From positions 386,240 to 450,239 of the forward strand of contig CAWEUW010000009.1 in the NCBI GenBank assembly GCA_963812375.1: 64,000 bases of DNA, read 5' to 3'. Origin of the DNA: an uncultured Acidimicrobiia bacterium (GTDB lineage: Bacteria; Actinomycetota; Acidimicrobiia; Spongiisociales; UBA5794). This document shows positions 18,531-29,597 of this stretch, one piece after another (the stretch's first letter is position 1; every line of letters starts with the position of its first letter). The notes under the pieces were generated by a model. It was not told where the DNA came from. It saw nothing but the letters and a program-made list of their open reading frames with translations, and did not search any database. Position numbers and translations under genes: made by a program.

Positions 18531-20010
18531 CGGAGGCCTCGGCGGCGCCCAGGGTCCTGGGCACCGAGACCGAGTACGGCATCACGGTCCGCAACCAGGC
18601 CGACTTCAACCCGGTGCTCTCGTCGAGCACGGTGGTCAACTCCTATCGCGGGGGCCGGGCCCGGATCCAGTGGTCGATCGACGAGGAGTCGCCCGGGCGT
18701 GACGCCCGCGGCTTCGGTTACGAGGGCCTGTTCCCGCCCGAGCTGGAGACGGGACTGGTCAACGTGGTGTTGACCAACGGTGCCCGGCTGTACGTCGACC
18801 ACGCCCATCCCGAGTACTCCACGCCCGGAGTGCTCGACCCGCTCCAGGCGGCACTGTACGACAAGGCGGGGGAGGTGATCATGGCCCGCGCCGTCGAACG
18901 CCGCCCGGGCGCCATGCCGGAGCCGGAGCGCATGTTCATCCACAAGAACAACAGCGACGGCAAGGGCAACTCGTACGGGGCCCACGAGAACTACCTGCTG
19001 GCCACGGGCGCTTCCCTTCGGGGAGATCGTCCGCCACCTCACCGCCTTCCTCGTTACTCGGCAGGTCGTTAACCGGCTCGGGGAAGGTCGGGTCCGAGAA
19101 CGGGCGCCCCCCGGTGGACTTCCAGCTGACCCAGCGGGCCGACTTCTTCGAGGAAGAGGTGGGCCTGGAGACCACGCTGAAGCGGCCCATCATCAACACC
19201 CGCGACGAGCCCCACGCCGACGCCTCCCGATACCGCCGGCTCCACGTCATCTTCGGCGACGCCAACCTCTCCGAGGTCCAGATCTTCCTCAAGCTCGGGC
19301 TCCACCGCCGTTGCTGCTGGCGGCGCTGGAGGACGGGGCGCTGCCCGAGCCCATCACCCTCGAGGACCCGGTGAAGGCGGCTGGCAGGTGAGCCACGACC
19401 TCGACCTCACCGTGCCGCTACCGATCGACGGTGGCGGGACGAGCACCGCGCTGGAGATGCAGTGGCCAGTACCTGGAGTGGGCCACCAAGTACGTCAACA
19501 CGGTCGACCTCGGCGACCGGTACCCGGTCTTGGTGGAGCGCTGGGAGGAGGTGCTCACCGACCTCGAAGTCGACCCGATGCGGCTCGCCGACCGGCTCGA
19601 CTGGGTGGCCAAGCGCCGGTTGCTCACCGCGTACGTCGACCGCGACGACACTGCGTGGGACCATCCCAAGCTGCGGCTCCTCGACCTCCAGTACCACGAC
19701 GTCGATCCCGAACGCGGGCCTCTACCACCGATGGTGGCCGGCGGCAGCGATGCAGCGGCTCTTCACCGACGAGGAGGTCGAGCGAGGCGGTCACCCGAGC
19801 CTCCCGAGAGACCCGGGCATACTTCCGGGGCGAGCTGCGTCGGCCGGTTCGGCCGGCGCTGGTCGCCGCCAACTGGGACTCCCTGGTGTTCGACACCGGC
19901 GAGGAGGCGTCTCAGGCGGGTACCTATGATGGAGCCGCTGAGGGGCTCAAGGAGATGGTGGGCGACTTGACTCGACCGAGGATGCGACACTGTCGGCGGC
20001 GCTGGGCTGA
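18527..20010 (+). pseudogene. dop: Pup deamidase/depupylase Dop, many (>10 by eye) frame breaks
   Basis: GTGA overlap with arc. Conserved blocks [97 protein letters not shown] and MEPLRGS occur in the Dop order. They are scattered over all three frames, with switches every 30-150 nt after about 19000. Confidence 0.85.
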
Positions 20011-20019
20011 TCAAGGCGT

Positions 20020-20241
20020 ATGGATGAGGACGAGGAAGGTTCGATGGCTGAGCAGGAACGCAAGCAGCCACACAGCGGACACCGGCGAGGCCGGAGGAGA
20101 TCGACGAGAGCCGCGCCGGTGCGGAGCAGGCCGAGGAGACTGACCGAGAAGATCGACGAGCTCCTCGAGGAGATCGACTCCGTCCTCGAGGAGAACGCCG
20201 AGGAGTTCGTCAAGAACTACGTCCAGAAGGGCGGCGAGTGA
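20020..20241 (+). CDS. pup: prokaryotic ubiquitin-like protein Pup (C-terminal GGE); N-terminal half probably frame-corrupted
   Basis: The C-terminus LTEKIDELLEEIDSVLEENAEEFVKNYVQKGGE* is canonical Pup. The ORF is open, but residues HSGHRRGRRRSTRAAPVRSRPRR are atypically basic. An alternative frame of the same DNA gives the expected acidic EEIDESRAGAEQAEE, which suggests two compensating indels. Start is ATG 20020 or 20044. Confidence 0.85.
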   Translation: MDEDEEGSMAEQERKQPHSGHRRGRRRSTRAAPVRSRPRRLTEKIDELLEEIDSVLEENAEEFVKNYVQKGGE

Positions 20242-21048
20242 GCCGCAGCAGGGACGAGCTCGGCACCGGCCCGGTCCTGCCCCTCGAGCCCCCCGGCCTC
20301 GAGGCCAGCTTCGCTTCGCTGCTCGTCCGACTGGGGCTCGGCTCCCCCTGGCGGATGCCGAGATCGGCACCTACCCCGGCTCCCGCGCAGAGGCGACGAC
20401 GGTGCTGGCCCTGAAGTTCTCCGACGGCGTGGTGATGGCCGGTGACCGCCGCGCCACCGCCGGCAACTACATCGCCCACAAGCGGGTGCAGAAGGTATTC
20501 CCCGCCGACGAGTACTCGGCGGTCGCCATCGCCGGGACCGCCGGGCTCGCCATCGAGATGATCCGGCTGTTCCAGACTCGAGTTGGAGCACTACGAGAAG
20601 ATCGAGGGCACCGGCTGTCTCTCGGAGGGAAGGCGAACTATCTCGCCAGGATGGTCCGCGGCCACCTGCCCCTCGCCTTCCAGGGTCTGGCGGTGGTGCC
20701 GCTGTTCTGCGGCTTCGACGAGACCACCGCCGACCGGCGCCCTGTACTCGTTCGACGTGGTCGGCGGCCGCTACCTGGAGCAGGACTTCGGAGCACCGGC
20801 TCGGGAGGCAAGGAGGCAAGGCCTTCCTCAAGGCGTCGTACCGGCCCGACCTCGACGAGGACTCAGCGCTCCGGATGGCGGTGGAGGCGCTGGTCGCCGC
20901 CGCCGAGGAGGATGTCGCCACCGGCGGGCCCGACGTGCAACGAGGCATCTACCCCAACGTCGTCACCGTGACGGTCGACGGGCTGACCGAGGTCGATGAC
21001 GACCGGCTGCGCCGGCATCGCCGCCGACGTGCTCGAGGCCCGGCCGTG
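20238..21048 (+). pseudogene. prcB: proteasome subunit beta PrcB, about 5 frame breaks
   Basis: GTGA overlap with pup. A propeptide precedes the active-site Thr context [22 protein letters not shown]. Blocks [53 protein letters not shown] and [10 protein letters not shown] lie in different frames. Confidence 0.85.
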
Positions 21049-21739
21049 ACCAGCCCGTTCTACGTCCCGCCCGAGCAGCTCACCAAGGAGCGGGCGGAGT
21101 TCGCCCGCAAGGGGATCGCCCGAGGCCGTCCCATCGCCGTGTGCGACGTACGCCGACGGGGTGCTGCTGATCGGCGGAGAACCCGAGCGGGTCGCTCCAC
21201 AAGATCGGCGAGATCTACGACCGCTCGCCTTCGCCGGGGCTGGGCGGTTCAACGAGTTCGAGATGCTCCGCACCGCCGGGGTCCGGCTACGCCGACATCA
21301 AGGGCTACTCATACGGCCGGAGGACGTCACCGGCACCGCGGGCTGGCCAACGCCTACAGCCAGACGCTCGGGCAGATCTTCATCCACGAGCTGAAGCCCT
21401 ACGAGATCGAGCTGATGGTGGCCGAGATCGGAAGCGAACAGTCGACGACGGCACCGGCATGTTCAGCATACCAGTTCGACGGGACGCTCGCCGCCATGGC
21501 GGACTTCGGCGCCATGGGGGGCAACGACGCCAGGTCGCCGAGATGCTCGCCGCGGGATGGGGGCCCGAGGTCGACCTGGCCGGGGCGGTACGGTTGGCGA
21601 CGTCCGCCATCGAGGAGGCCGAGCAGCACACCGTCGACCGGTCGACTGGGAGGCCGCGGTGCTCGACCGCAGCCCCGGGGACGTTCCGCAGGTTCCGCCG
21701 AGGACTCACCGCCGACCGAAGCAGTCGGCTCGAACCTGA
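21045..21739 (+). pseudogene. prcA: proteasome subunit alpha PrcA, about 5 frame breaks; 3' end uncertain
   Basis: GTG 21045 overlaps the prcB stop. Blocks [74 protein letters not shown] and [17 protein letters not shown] are colinear with PrcA but spread over three frames. Confidence 0.8.
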
Positions 21740-21780
21740 CGTGGAACGCCGGAAGCACCGTCGTAGACTGCAGAGGTACT

Positions 21781-23148
21781 GTGCGACGAGTGGAGCGTCG
21801 CATCTTCGGGATCGAGAACGAGTACGGGGTCACCTGCACGCTGCGCGGCCAGCGCCGCCTGTCACCCGACGAGGTGGCCCGCTACCTGTTCCGGCGGGTG
21901 GTGTCGTGGGGCCGGTCCTCCAACGTGTTCCTCGAGAACGGCGCCAGGCTCTACCTCGACGTGGGCAGCCATCCCGAATACGCCACACCCGAATGCGACA
22001 GCCTGCTCGACCTGGTGGCCCACGACAAGGCGGGCGAGCGGATCCTGGAGAGCCTGCTCACCTCGGCCGAGCAGCGGCTCGAGGAGGAGGGGATCCGGGG
22101 GCAGATCTACCTCTTCAAGAACAACACCGACTCGGCGGGCAACTCCTACGGGTGCCACGAGAACTACCTGGTGGGCCGGCACGGCGACTTCCAGCGGATG
22201 ATCGACACCCTGATCCCGTTCCTCGTGACCCGCCAGATCTTCGCCGGGGCCGGGAAGCTGCTGCAGACCGCCCGGGGGACCATGTTCTGCCTGTCGCAGC
22301 GCGCCGAGCACATCTGGGAGGGCATCTCGTCGGCAACGACCCGGAGCCGGCCCATCATCAACACCCGGGACGAGCCCCACGCCGACGCCGAGCGGTACCG
22401 GCGGCTCCACGTCATCGCCGGCGACTCCAACATGTCCGAGTACGTCACCTGCGTCAAGGTGGGGACGGCGGCGGCGCTGCTCCAGATGCTCGAGGACGAC
22501 GTGGTGTTCCGCGACCTCAGCCTGGAGAACCCGATCAGGGCCATCCGGGAGATCTCCCACGACATCACCTGCCGGCGCAAGGTGCGGCTGGCCAACGGGC
22601 GGGAGCTGTCGGCGCTCGACATCCAGTGGGAGTACCTGGAGCGGGCGATGCGCTACGGCCGCACCGTCGGGTTCCCCGCCCAGGTGGAGAACGCCATCGA
22701 GATGTGGGAGTACCTGCTCACCGGGTTGGAGAAGGACCCGCTCAGCCTCCACCGCGAGGTGCGACTGGGTGGTCAAGCACCGCCTCGATCGAGCGGTTCG
22801 TCGAAGAGCGGTCGATGCCCATGTCGGATCCCCGCCTGGCGATGGTCGACCTCGCCTATCACGACGTGAAACGCGAGCGCGGCCTCTACTACCTGCTCGA
22901 GCGGCGCGGCCTGGTGGAGCGGGTGGTCACCGACGAGATGGTGGAGAAGGCGGAGACCGAGCCGCCGGCGACCACCAGGGCCCGGCTGCGCGGGGCAGTT
23001 CATCAAGGCGGCGAAGGCCCGCAAGCGGGACTTCACCGTCGACTGGGTCCACCTCAAGCTCAACGACCAGGCGCAGCGCACCGTGCTGTGCAAGGACCCC
23101 TTCAGTGCCGTCGACGAGCGGGTCGACAAGCTGATCGGCGGCCTCTGA
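21781..23148 (+). pseudogene. pafA: Pup--protein ligase PafA, 2 frame breaks
   Basis: [40 protein letters not shown] and [25 protein letters not shown] are in one frame up to about 22765. [12 protein letters not shown]...ATTRARLRG follows in a second frame. [50 protein letters not shown] follows in the first frame again. Confidence 0.9.
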
Positions 23149-23186
23149 GCGGTCTCGCACGCCGCTCGTGCGGGTGCTTCCCCGGG

Positions 23187-23206
23187 TGTCGGGGTGTCGA
23201 TACGCT
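23187..23206 (+). promoter_or_regulatory. candidate RecA-NDp-like (PafBC-type) promoter motif upstream of pafB
   Basis: TGTCGGGG-N6-TACGCT ends 8 nt before ATG 23215. From memory, the mycobacterial motif is TGTCGGTG-N8-TAnnnT. Both the spacing and one base differ here, so this is a weak call. Confidence 0.2.
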
Positions 23207-23214
23207 GGCGAGCG

Positions 23215-24137
23215 ATGCAGAAGGTCATCGAGCGGATCCTGAACCTGCTGGCGTTCCTGCTCACCGTGGGACGGCCGGTGACCGCCGACGAGATCAGGCA
23301 CACGGTGGCCGGCTACAACGGGGACAGCCGACGAGGCGTTCCGTCGCACCTTCGAGCGCGACAAGGACCTCCTCCGCAGCCTCGGCTTGCGCTTGGAGCT
23401 GCATCCCACCGACGCCTGGGAGGTCGAGCACGGGTACACCGTGAAGGAGGATCCCGACTTCCCGGACCCGGGACTGACCGACGACGAGCGGGCGGCGCTG
23501 TGGCTGGCCGCCCAGGTGGTGCGGATGGGGGGACGGTCCTCCGGGCCCGACGCCATGTTCAAGCTGGGCGGCACCCCGCTGGCGCCGGCCGGGGAACCGC
23601 TCGCCGCCGATCTGGGGACCAGCGAGGGCGACCTGGCCGTGGTGTTCCTGGCCGTCTCCGAGCGCCGCCACCTCGCCTTCGACTACCGGGGGCGGGAACG
23701 GGTGGTGGCACCGTTCGGGCTGGCCCATCGCCGCGGTCACTGGTACCTCATCGGACCGGAGCGCGACGACAGCGTCGTCAAGCTCTACCGCCTCGACCGG
23801 GCGGCACCGGTGCGCGTCACCGGCGCCGCCGCCGCCTTCGACCGACCCGACGGACTTCTCCGCCGCCGCCTTCGTGCCCGACGCCCCCTGGGAGGCGGGC
23901 GCAGACGCGGAGACCACCGCGGTGGTGCGCATCGACCCCGATCTGGCCTGGTGGGCGGAGCGCCAGGTCAACGACCCGGCCACGGTGACCCGGCTCCCCG
24001 ACGGCGGGCTCGAGTTGCGGCTGCGGGTGGCCAACCCGGAGGCGTTGATCGGCTGGGTCCTGTCGTTCGAGGACCGCGCCGAGATCGTCGCCCCGGTCGA
24101 GCTCCGGCAACGGCTCGTCGCCAGGGTGGCCGGATGA
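23215..24137 (+). pseudogene. pafB: HTH-WYL transcriptional regulator PafB, 2 frame breaks
   Basis: The N-terminal wHTH ([27 protein letters not shown]) is followed by a break near 23330. The WYL region (GLAHRRGHWYLIG) follows, then a break near 23860. The C-terminal WCX-like domain ends ...RQRLVARVAG*. Confidence 0.85.
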
Positions 24138-25070
24138 CCAGTGTCCGCACCGCCGGCCGGCTCAACCGGCTGCTCGGGATGCTGCCCTGGGTGATCGCCC
24201 ATCCCGGGTCGACCGTCGACGAGGTCTGCACCCGATTCGGCTACGACCGCCGGGCATTGGCCGCCGACCTCAACCTGCTCTTCGTGTGCGGTCTCCCGGG
24301 CTACGGGCCCGACGACCTGATGGTCGCCTACATCGACGACGACGAGGTGGTCATCGAGATGGCCGACTACTTCGCCGACCCGGTCCAGCTCACCGCTCCC
24401 GAAGCGCTCGGCCTCATCGCCTCGGGGCTGGCGATGCTGTCCACCGGCGAGGCTCCCGAGGCGTTGCGGCGTGCGGTCGACAAGCTGGCGGCGGCGCATC
24501 TTCCCCGACGCCGGCGAGGTGCTCACCGTCGACCTCCCCGAGCCGGGCATGGTCGGGGAGCTCCGTCGGGCGGCAGCCGAACATCGGGTGGTGCACCTGG
24601 TGTACACCGCCATCGCCGGGGACCGCACCACCGAACGGGACGTCGAGCCGTGGCTGGTGTTCTCCACGCTGGGCAACTGGTACGTGACCGGTTACTGCCG
24701 GCTCGCCCGGGACGAGCGGGTGTTCCGCATCGACCGCATCCGGGACCTGCGCACGACCGGGGATCGCTTCGAGCCTCCTGCAGAGATCCCGCCCCCGCTG
24801 GTGTCGTACAACCGCGGAGACGACGACGTGGTGTGCGAGATCCGTCTCGGCCCCCGCGCCCGGTGGGTCGTCGACTACTACCCGGTGGACCTCCTCGCCG
24901 ACGAGGGCGAGGGCGGGTCCGCCACCATCCGCTTCTTCGCCGGCGACGCCTCGGTGGCCGCCCGGCTGCTGCTTCGTCTCGGGAGCGACGCCGAGCTGCT
25001 GCGGGGCACCGAGGTCACAGACGCCGTCGCCGACCTGCGTACCAGGATCCTGGCCCGCTACCGGGACTGA
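24134..25070 (+). pseudogene. pafC: HTH-WYL transcriptional regulator PafC, 1 frame break
   Basis: ATGA overlap with pafB. N-terminus RLNRLLGMLPWVIAHPGSTVDEVCTRFG, break near 24495, WYL region (STLGNWYVTGYCRLARDERVFRIDRI), ends ...RTRILARYRD*. Confidence 0.85.
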
Positions 25071-25120
25071 ACAGTCACCCGAAGTCGGCCCGGGTAGGGC
25101 ACTGACCTACCATCGGCACG

Positions 25121-25523
25121 GTGAACGCCAACCTGACGCTGTCGGAGATCCTCACCATCTCGGTGATCATCCTCATCGTCTTCGGGCCCCACCGGCTGCC
25201 CGAACTGGCCCGCAAGGCGGGGATGGCGGTGGCCAAGCTGCGCCAAGCCGCCGGGAACGTGCGCCAGGAGCTCGACGGCGAGCACCGAGGAGCTGGCCAA
25301 GCCGCTCGCCGACATCGACCGCGACCTGCGCGCCGCCAAGGCGGACCTGAGAGCCGCCATCCCCAACCTGGACGACATCGCCCCGACCCGAAACCCGAGT
25401 CTGCGCCGGCGCACGCCGGATCGCCGAGGAGAGACGACGAGCCCGGAGTCGACCGGCACGGGTGACGACCCGCCCGGCGCCCCCGACCCGCCGGCGACAG
25501 GGAGCACGCCGCCCCCGACATGA
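25121..25523 (+). pseudogene. tatA: twin-arginine translocase subunit TatA/E, at least 1 frame break
   Basis: GTG start, then TM plus hinge ILTISVIILIVFGPHRLPELARKAG. The frame changes near 25285. The second frame ends in a TGA overlapping the tatC ATG (ATGA), which supports that reading. Confidence 0.8.
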
Positions 25524-26234
25524 CCGACGGCCCGATGACGTTCATGGACCACCTGGTCGAGTTGCGCCGGCGGCTGATCGTCTCCGTCGTCGCCATCACC
25601 ATCGGCACCGTGGTGGCGGCGATCTTCTACGAGCAGCTCCTCGACATCCTCGCCGAGCCCTACCTGGAGGCGGTCGACGGGGACCGCCTCGCCTTCTTCC
25701 AGCCCGCCGAGGCCTTCACGCTCGTGCTGAGGGTGGCGCTCTTCGGGGGCGTGGTCATCGCCTCGCCGGTGTTGATCGGTCAGACGTGGGGGTTCATCAG
25801 CCCGGCGCTGACACCGCGGGAGCGGAAGTTCGCCGTGCCGCTCTCCATCGTCCTCGCCGTGCTGTTCACCGTCGGGGTGGTGGTCGGGTACCTGGCGCTG
25901 CCGATGACGCTCCGGCTGTTGCTCGGCATCGGCTCCGACATCCTCGACCCCGTCATCGGCGCCGAGTACTACCTCCGGTTCGCCATGCGCTTCCTGCTCG
26001 CCTTCGGGCTCGCCTTCCTCTTCCCGGTGTTCCTGTTCGCCGCCGGGGCGGCGCGGTGTCGTCACCTCACGGACCCTGCGCTCGTGGCGGCGCTGGGCGG
26101 TGACCGTCATCCTGGTGGGCTCGGCTCTGCTCACCCCCGGAGGGGACCCACTGACCCTGGTCCTGCTCGCCGGTCCGCTCTACATCCTCTACGAGGCGAC
26201 GATCCTCGCCATCCGCTTCGGGCTCAAGAAGTGA
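25520..26234 (+). pseudogene. tatC: twin-arginine translocase subunit TatC, 1 frame break
   Basis: MTFMDHLVELRRRLI... and 4 TM helices lie in one frame to about 26058. The last two helices (WAVTVILVGSALLTPGGDPLTLVLLAGPLYILYEATILAIRFGLKK*) are in another frame. Confidence 0.85.
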
Positions 26235-28747
26235 GCACGAGGACAGGGGACCTCGCCGACTGGGTGGCGAGCCTCCCCTTCACGCCCGACGCCTTCCAGC
26301 TGGAGGCGATCGGCCACGTCGAGGCGGGGAGGTCGGTGGTGGTCACCGCCCCGACGGGAGCCGGGAAGACCCTGGTCGCCGAGGCGGCGGTGGAGCTGGC
26401 CCGCCGTCGGCGGGCCCGGGCCTTCTACACCACTCCCGATCAAGGCGCTCTCCAACCAGAAGTTCGGCGATCTGGTGTCCACCTACGGCGAGGCCGGGGT
26501 CGGCCTGCTCACCGGCGACAACGTCGTCAACGGCGACGCGCCCACCGTCGTGATGACCACCGAGGTGCTGCGCAACATGATCTACGCCGACTCGTCACGC
26601 CTCGACGGGTTGGCGGTGGTGGTGCTGGACGAGGTCCACTTCCTGCAGGACCGCTACCGAGGCTCGGTGTGGGAGGAGGTGATCATCCACCTGCCCCGCC
26701 ACATCCAGCTGGTCAGCCTGTCGGCGACGGTCGCCAACGCCGACGAGCTCACCGAGTGGGTCGAGGCGCGCCGCGGCGAGACGGTACTCGTCGAGGAGAG
26801 CCACCGCCCGGTCCCGCTGGAGAGCGTGTACATGGTCGAGGACCGCCACCGCGAGCGGGTGGTCGAGATGTTCCCCGTCTTCGACCGCTCGGGGAGGCGG
26901 CCCAACCCGGCGGTGGTGTCCATGCTCCGCAAGGGACGGGGCCGCTTCAGGCGGTTCGTGGCTCCCCGCCGGCTCCGGGTGGTGGAGGAGCTGTCCCGGC
27001 TGGGGATGCTCCCCGCCATCTACTTCATCTTCTCCCGGGCGGGGTGCGGCGACGCGGCAACTCACGTGGCCGGGGCCAAGCCGGGATCTGACCACCGCCG
27101 CCGAACGGGCGGAGATCGTCCGCACCGCCAACGCCGGCACCGCCCACCTCGACCCGGCCGACCTCGCCGTCCTCGGGTTCGACCGGTGGGCGGCCGACCT
27201 GGAGGAGGGGGTGGCGGCGCATCACGCCGGGATGGTCCCGGCGTTCAAGGAGACGGTGGAGACCCTGTTCGCCGCCGGGTTGATCAAGGTGGTGTTCGCC
27301 ACCGAGACCCTGGCGTTGGGGATCAACATGCCGGCGAAGGCCGTCGTGCTGGAGCGGCTGTCCAAGTTCGACGGCGAGTCCCACGAGGTGCTCCGTCCCG
27401 GCGACTACACCCAGCTGACCGGGAGGGCGGGCAGGCGCGGCATCGATCGTGCCGGCACCGCTGTCGTGCTGCACCAGGCCGAGATCCCGTTCGACCGGGT
27501 GGCTTCGATCGCCGCCCAGGGCAGCCACCCGTTGGTGTCGAGCTTCACGCCCACCTACAACATGGCGGTGAACCTGGTGGCCACGTACCCCCGCCACCGC
27601 GCCGAGGACCTGGTGCGGGCGTCGTTCGCCCAACATCGCCACCAGCGTCGTCGCCGGCAGGAAACGGACCGGGCCGATGATCTGCGGGCCCAGCTGGCCC
27701 GACCTGGAGGAACGGCGCGGTGCGAGCTCGGGGACGTCGCCGCATATGCGGAGAGTCGCGCCGATGCCGGTCGGCGGATGGCCGACTTCGCCCAAGGCCT
27801 GGTGGAGGGCTCGGTGATCGATCTCGGTGCCGGGCAGCGGATGGTGCTGCTGGCACGCGGGTATGGCCCCAATCCCCGGCTTCTGCTGGTGGATGCCACG
27901 GGGCGAACTCGGCGGCTGCCTGCAGGGGACCTACCGGCGGCCACCGTCGAACGGGGAACGCTGGTGCTCCCGGAGCCATGGAGGCCCCGGGAGAAGGCGT
28001 TCACCCGCCAGGTGGCGAGGCTGCTGGCCGAGTTCGAGCCGGCCGAGCCGGTCGACCGCACCGCCGATCGCCTCGACCCGGTCGCCACCTGCCCCGATCT
28101 TGCCGACCATCTCGCCGGCCTGGAGCGGGCGGCCCGGGTGCGTGCCCAGATCGAGCGAATCGAGCGGGCTCCTCGAGCGGGGCGGCGACGACCTGGTCGA
28201 GCGGTTCCGCACCGGCTTGGCGGTGCTCGACCACCGCGGCTACACGAAGGGCTGGGCGTTGACCGAGCGGGGCGAGCGGCTCCGGTTCATCTACAACGAG
28301 CTGGACCTGCTGGTGGCGGAGACCGCCCACGAGCGGATCCTCGACCAGCTGACCCCGGCCGAGCTGGCGGCGGTCCTCTCCGTCTTCGTGTACGAGAGCC
28401 GTCGCGGCGATGTCCCCGGCGGGATGCCCACACCGGCCTGCGCCGACTCGGTGGACGCCATCTTCGAGTTGGGCGAGGAGCTGTCGGCCGACGAGACGAG
28501 GAGGGGCATGGAGCCGATGCGCCCACCCGACGACGGCTACGTGGAGCGGATCCATCGTTGGGCGAGCGGAGCCAACCTCGAGGATCTGTTCGACGAGGAG
28601 TCGTCGGCGGGCGACTTCGTCCGGCTGGCGCGCCAGACCTTGGACCTGCTCCGCCAGATCCGCGACGTCTTCCCCGACCTCAGCGGGGACGCCGCCGAGG
28701 CTCTGCGCCTCGTCGACCGCGGCGTGGTCTCCGCCGGCGGGCTCTGA
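26231..28747 (+). pseudogene. helY: Ski2-like DEAD/DEAH-box RNA helicase HelY, at least 3 frame breaks
   Basis: GTGA overlap with tatC. Motif I APTGAGKT, motif II LDEVHFL, motif III LSATV, ...HHAGMVPAFKETVE..., GINMPA, QLTGRAGRRGID. C-terminal DSHCT-like domain (FVYESRR...). Breaks near 26445, 27085 and 28165. Confidence 0.85.
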
Positions 28748-28800
28748 GCCCGATCAGGGTCGACTGGAGCCGACCTGCCGGGTGAGCCGGGATCGGGCGG

Positions 28801-29508
28801 TCACGCCTCGCCCATCGGCGTGGCGACGAGGATCTCGCCGGCGCTGGCCAGGCTGGTCCGGGCCCACACCCCGATCGGGTCGCCACCGGCCAGACGGGTG
28901 TCGGGCACCTCGATGACGATGGCCAGGGTGTTGAGATCGACGAAGAAGTCGGTCGGGTCGTTGCCGAGGGCGTCGTCGCCGCGTCCTTCGACCGTTCCCA
29001 GGAACCCGGAGAGGTCGAAGAAGAACGGGTCGGAGCGCAACCCGGTGAACAGCTTGGTGCCGTCGGACAGGGTGATCACGTCGCCGACGTCGCCACCGCC
29101 CAGCTTCTTGCCATTGAGCCACGGGCCCTCACCGGTCCGTCCGGTTGCCCGCGCCACGGCCACGGTCGAGCCGTCGTCGTCGAACGTGAAGACGTACGAG
29201 ATGTTGGTCCGCGCGTCGCCGTTGGTGTCGATCCGCAGCTCGTAGACGCCCTCGTCGGCGTCGGCGAAGCGCGAGTCGGTGGAGGCGAGAGGGTGTACCG
29301 TCGCCGCGATGACGGTCTTGCCCGAATGCGCCTCGAACACGTACACGTCGTTGATGTCGAGGTCCGTCCGGCCGCTCGGGGACATGGTGCCCGGAGCGTC
29401 CAGATGGTCGGCGGCATCGACGCCGTCCACGGGTGACAGCAGCGCCATGGCCAGCGCCGCCAGCGCGATGAGTGCTGCGATCGGCGCAGCCCTTCGTGCC
29501 AGGGTCAT
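28801..29508 (-). CDS. secreted DUF4331-domain protein
   Basis: 235 aa from ATG 29508. Signal peptide MTLARRAAPIAALIALAALAMA, then ADHLDAP...DINDVYVF...DPFFFD motifs characteristic of DUF4331. The longer ORF to 29961 is an upstream artefact. Confidence 0.75.
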   Translation of the reverse strand: MTLARRAAPIAALIALAALAMALLSPVDGVDAADHLDAPGTMSPSGRTDLDINDVYVFEAHSGKTVIAATVHPLASTDSRFADADEGVYELRIDTNGDARTNISYVFTFDDDGSTVAVARATGRTGEGPWLNGKKLGGGDVGDVITLSDGTKLFTGLRSDPFFFDLSGFLGTVEGRGDDALGNDPTDFFVDLNTLAIVIEVPDTRLAGGDPIGVWARTSLASAGEILVATPMGEA

Positions 29509-29597
29509 GAGGAGGTCTCCCTTCGTCGGGGACTCTGGTTGCCCCCGGTTCGGAGCGGCGGGGCGCCGCGGATTGGCCGTATTGCCCGGACGGGCCC

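Noticed and set aside
16793-21739. Programmed ribosomal frameshifting or another recoding mechanism as the explanation for the frame switches.
   Set aside because: There are far too many switches (every 30-150 nt in dop) and they go in both directions. I saw no recurring slippery heptamer or downstream structure at the breaks I inspected. Indel errors or recent indels are the parsimonious explanation.
20875-22869. 664-aa 'fusion' ORF spanning the prcB 3' end, prcA and most of pafA. Analogous chimeras are 40953-43274 (pyrG/NUDIX/xerD), 14915-16555 (trmI/DinB) and 25520-27091 (tatC/helY).
   Set aside because: Only parts of each ORF are in the biologically meaningful frame. The rest is out-of-frame read-through made possible by the lack of stop codons. 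These are not real multidomain fusions.
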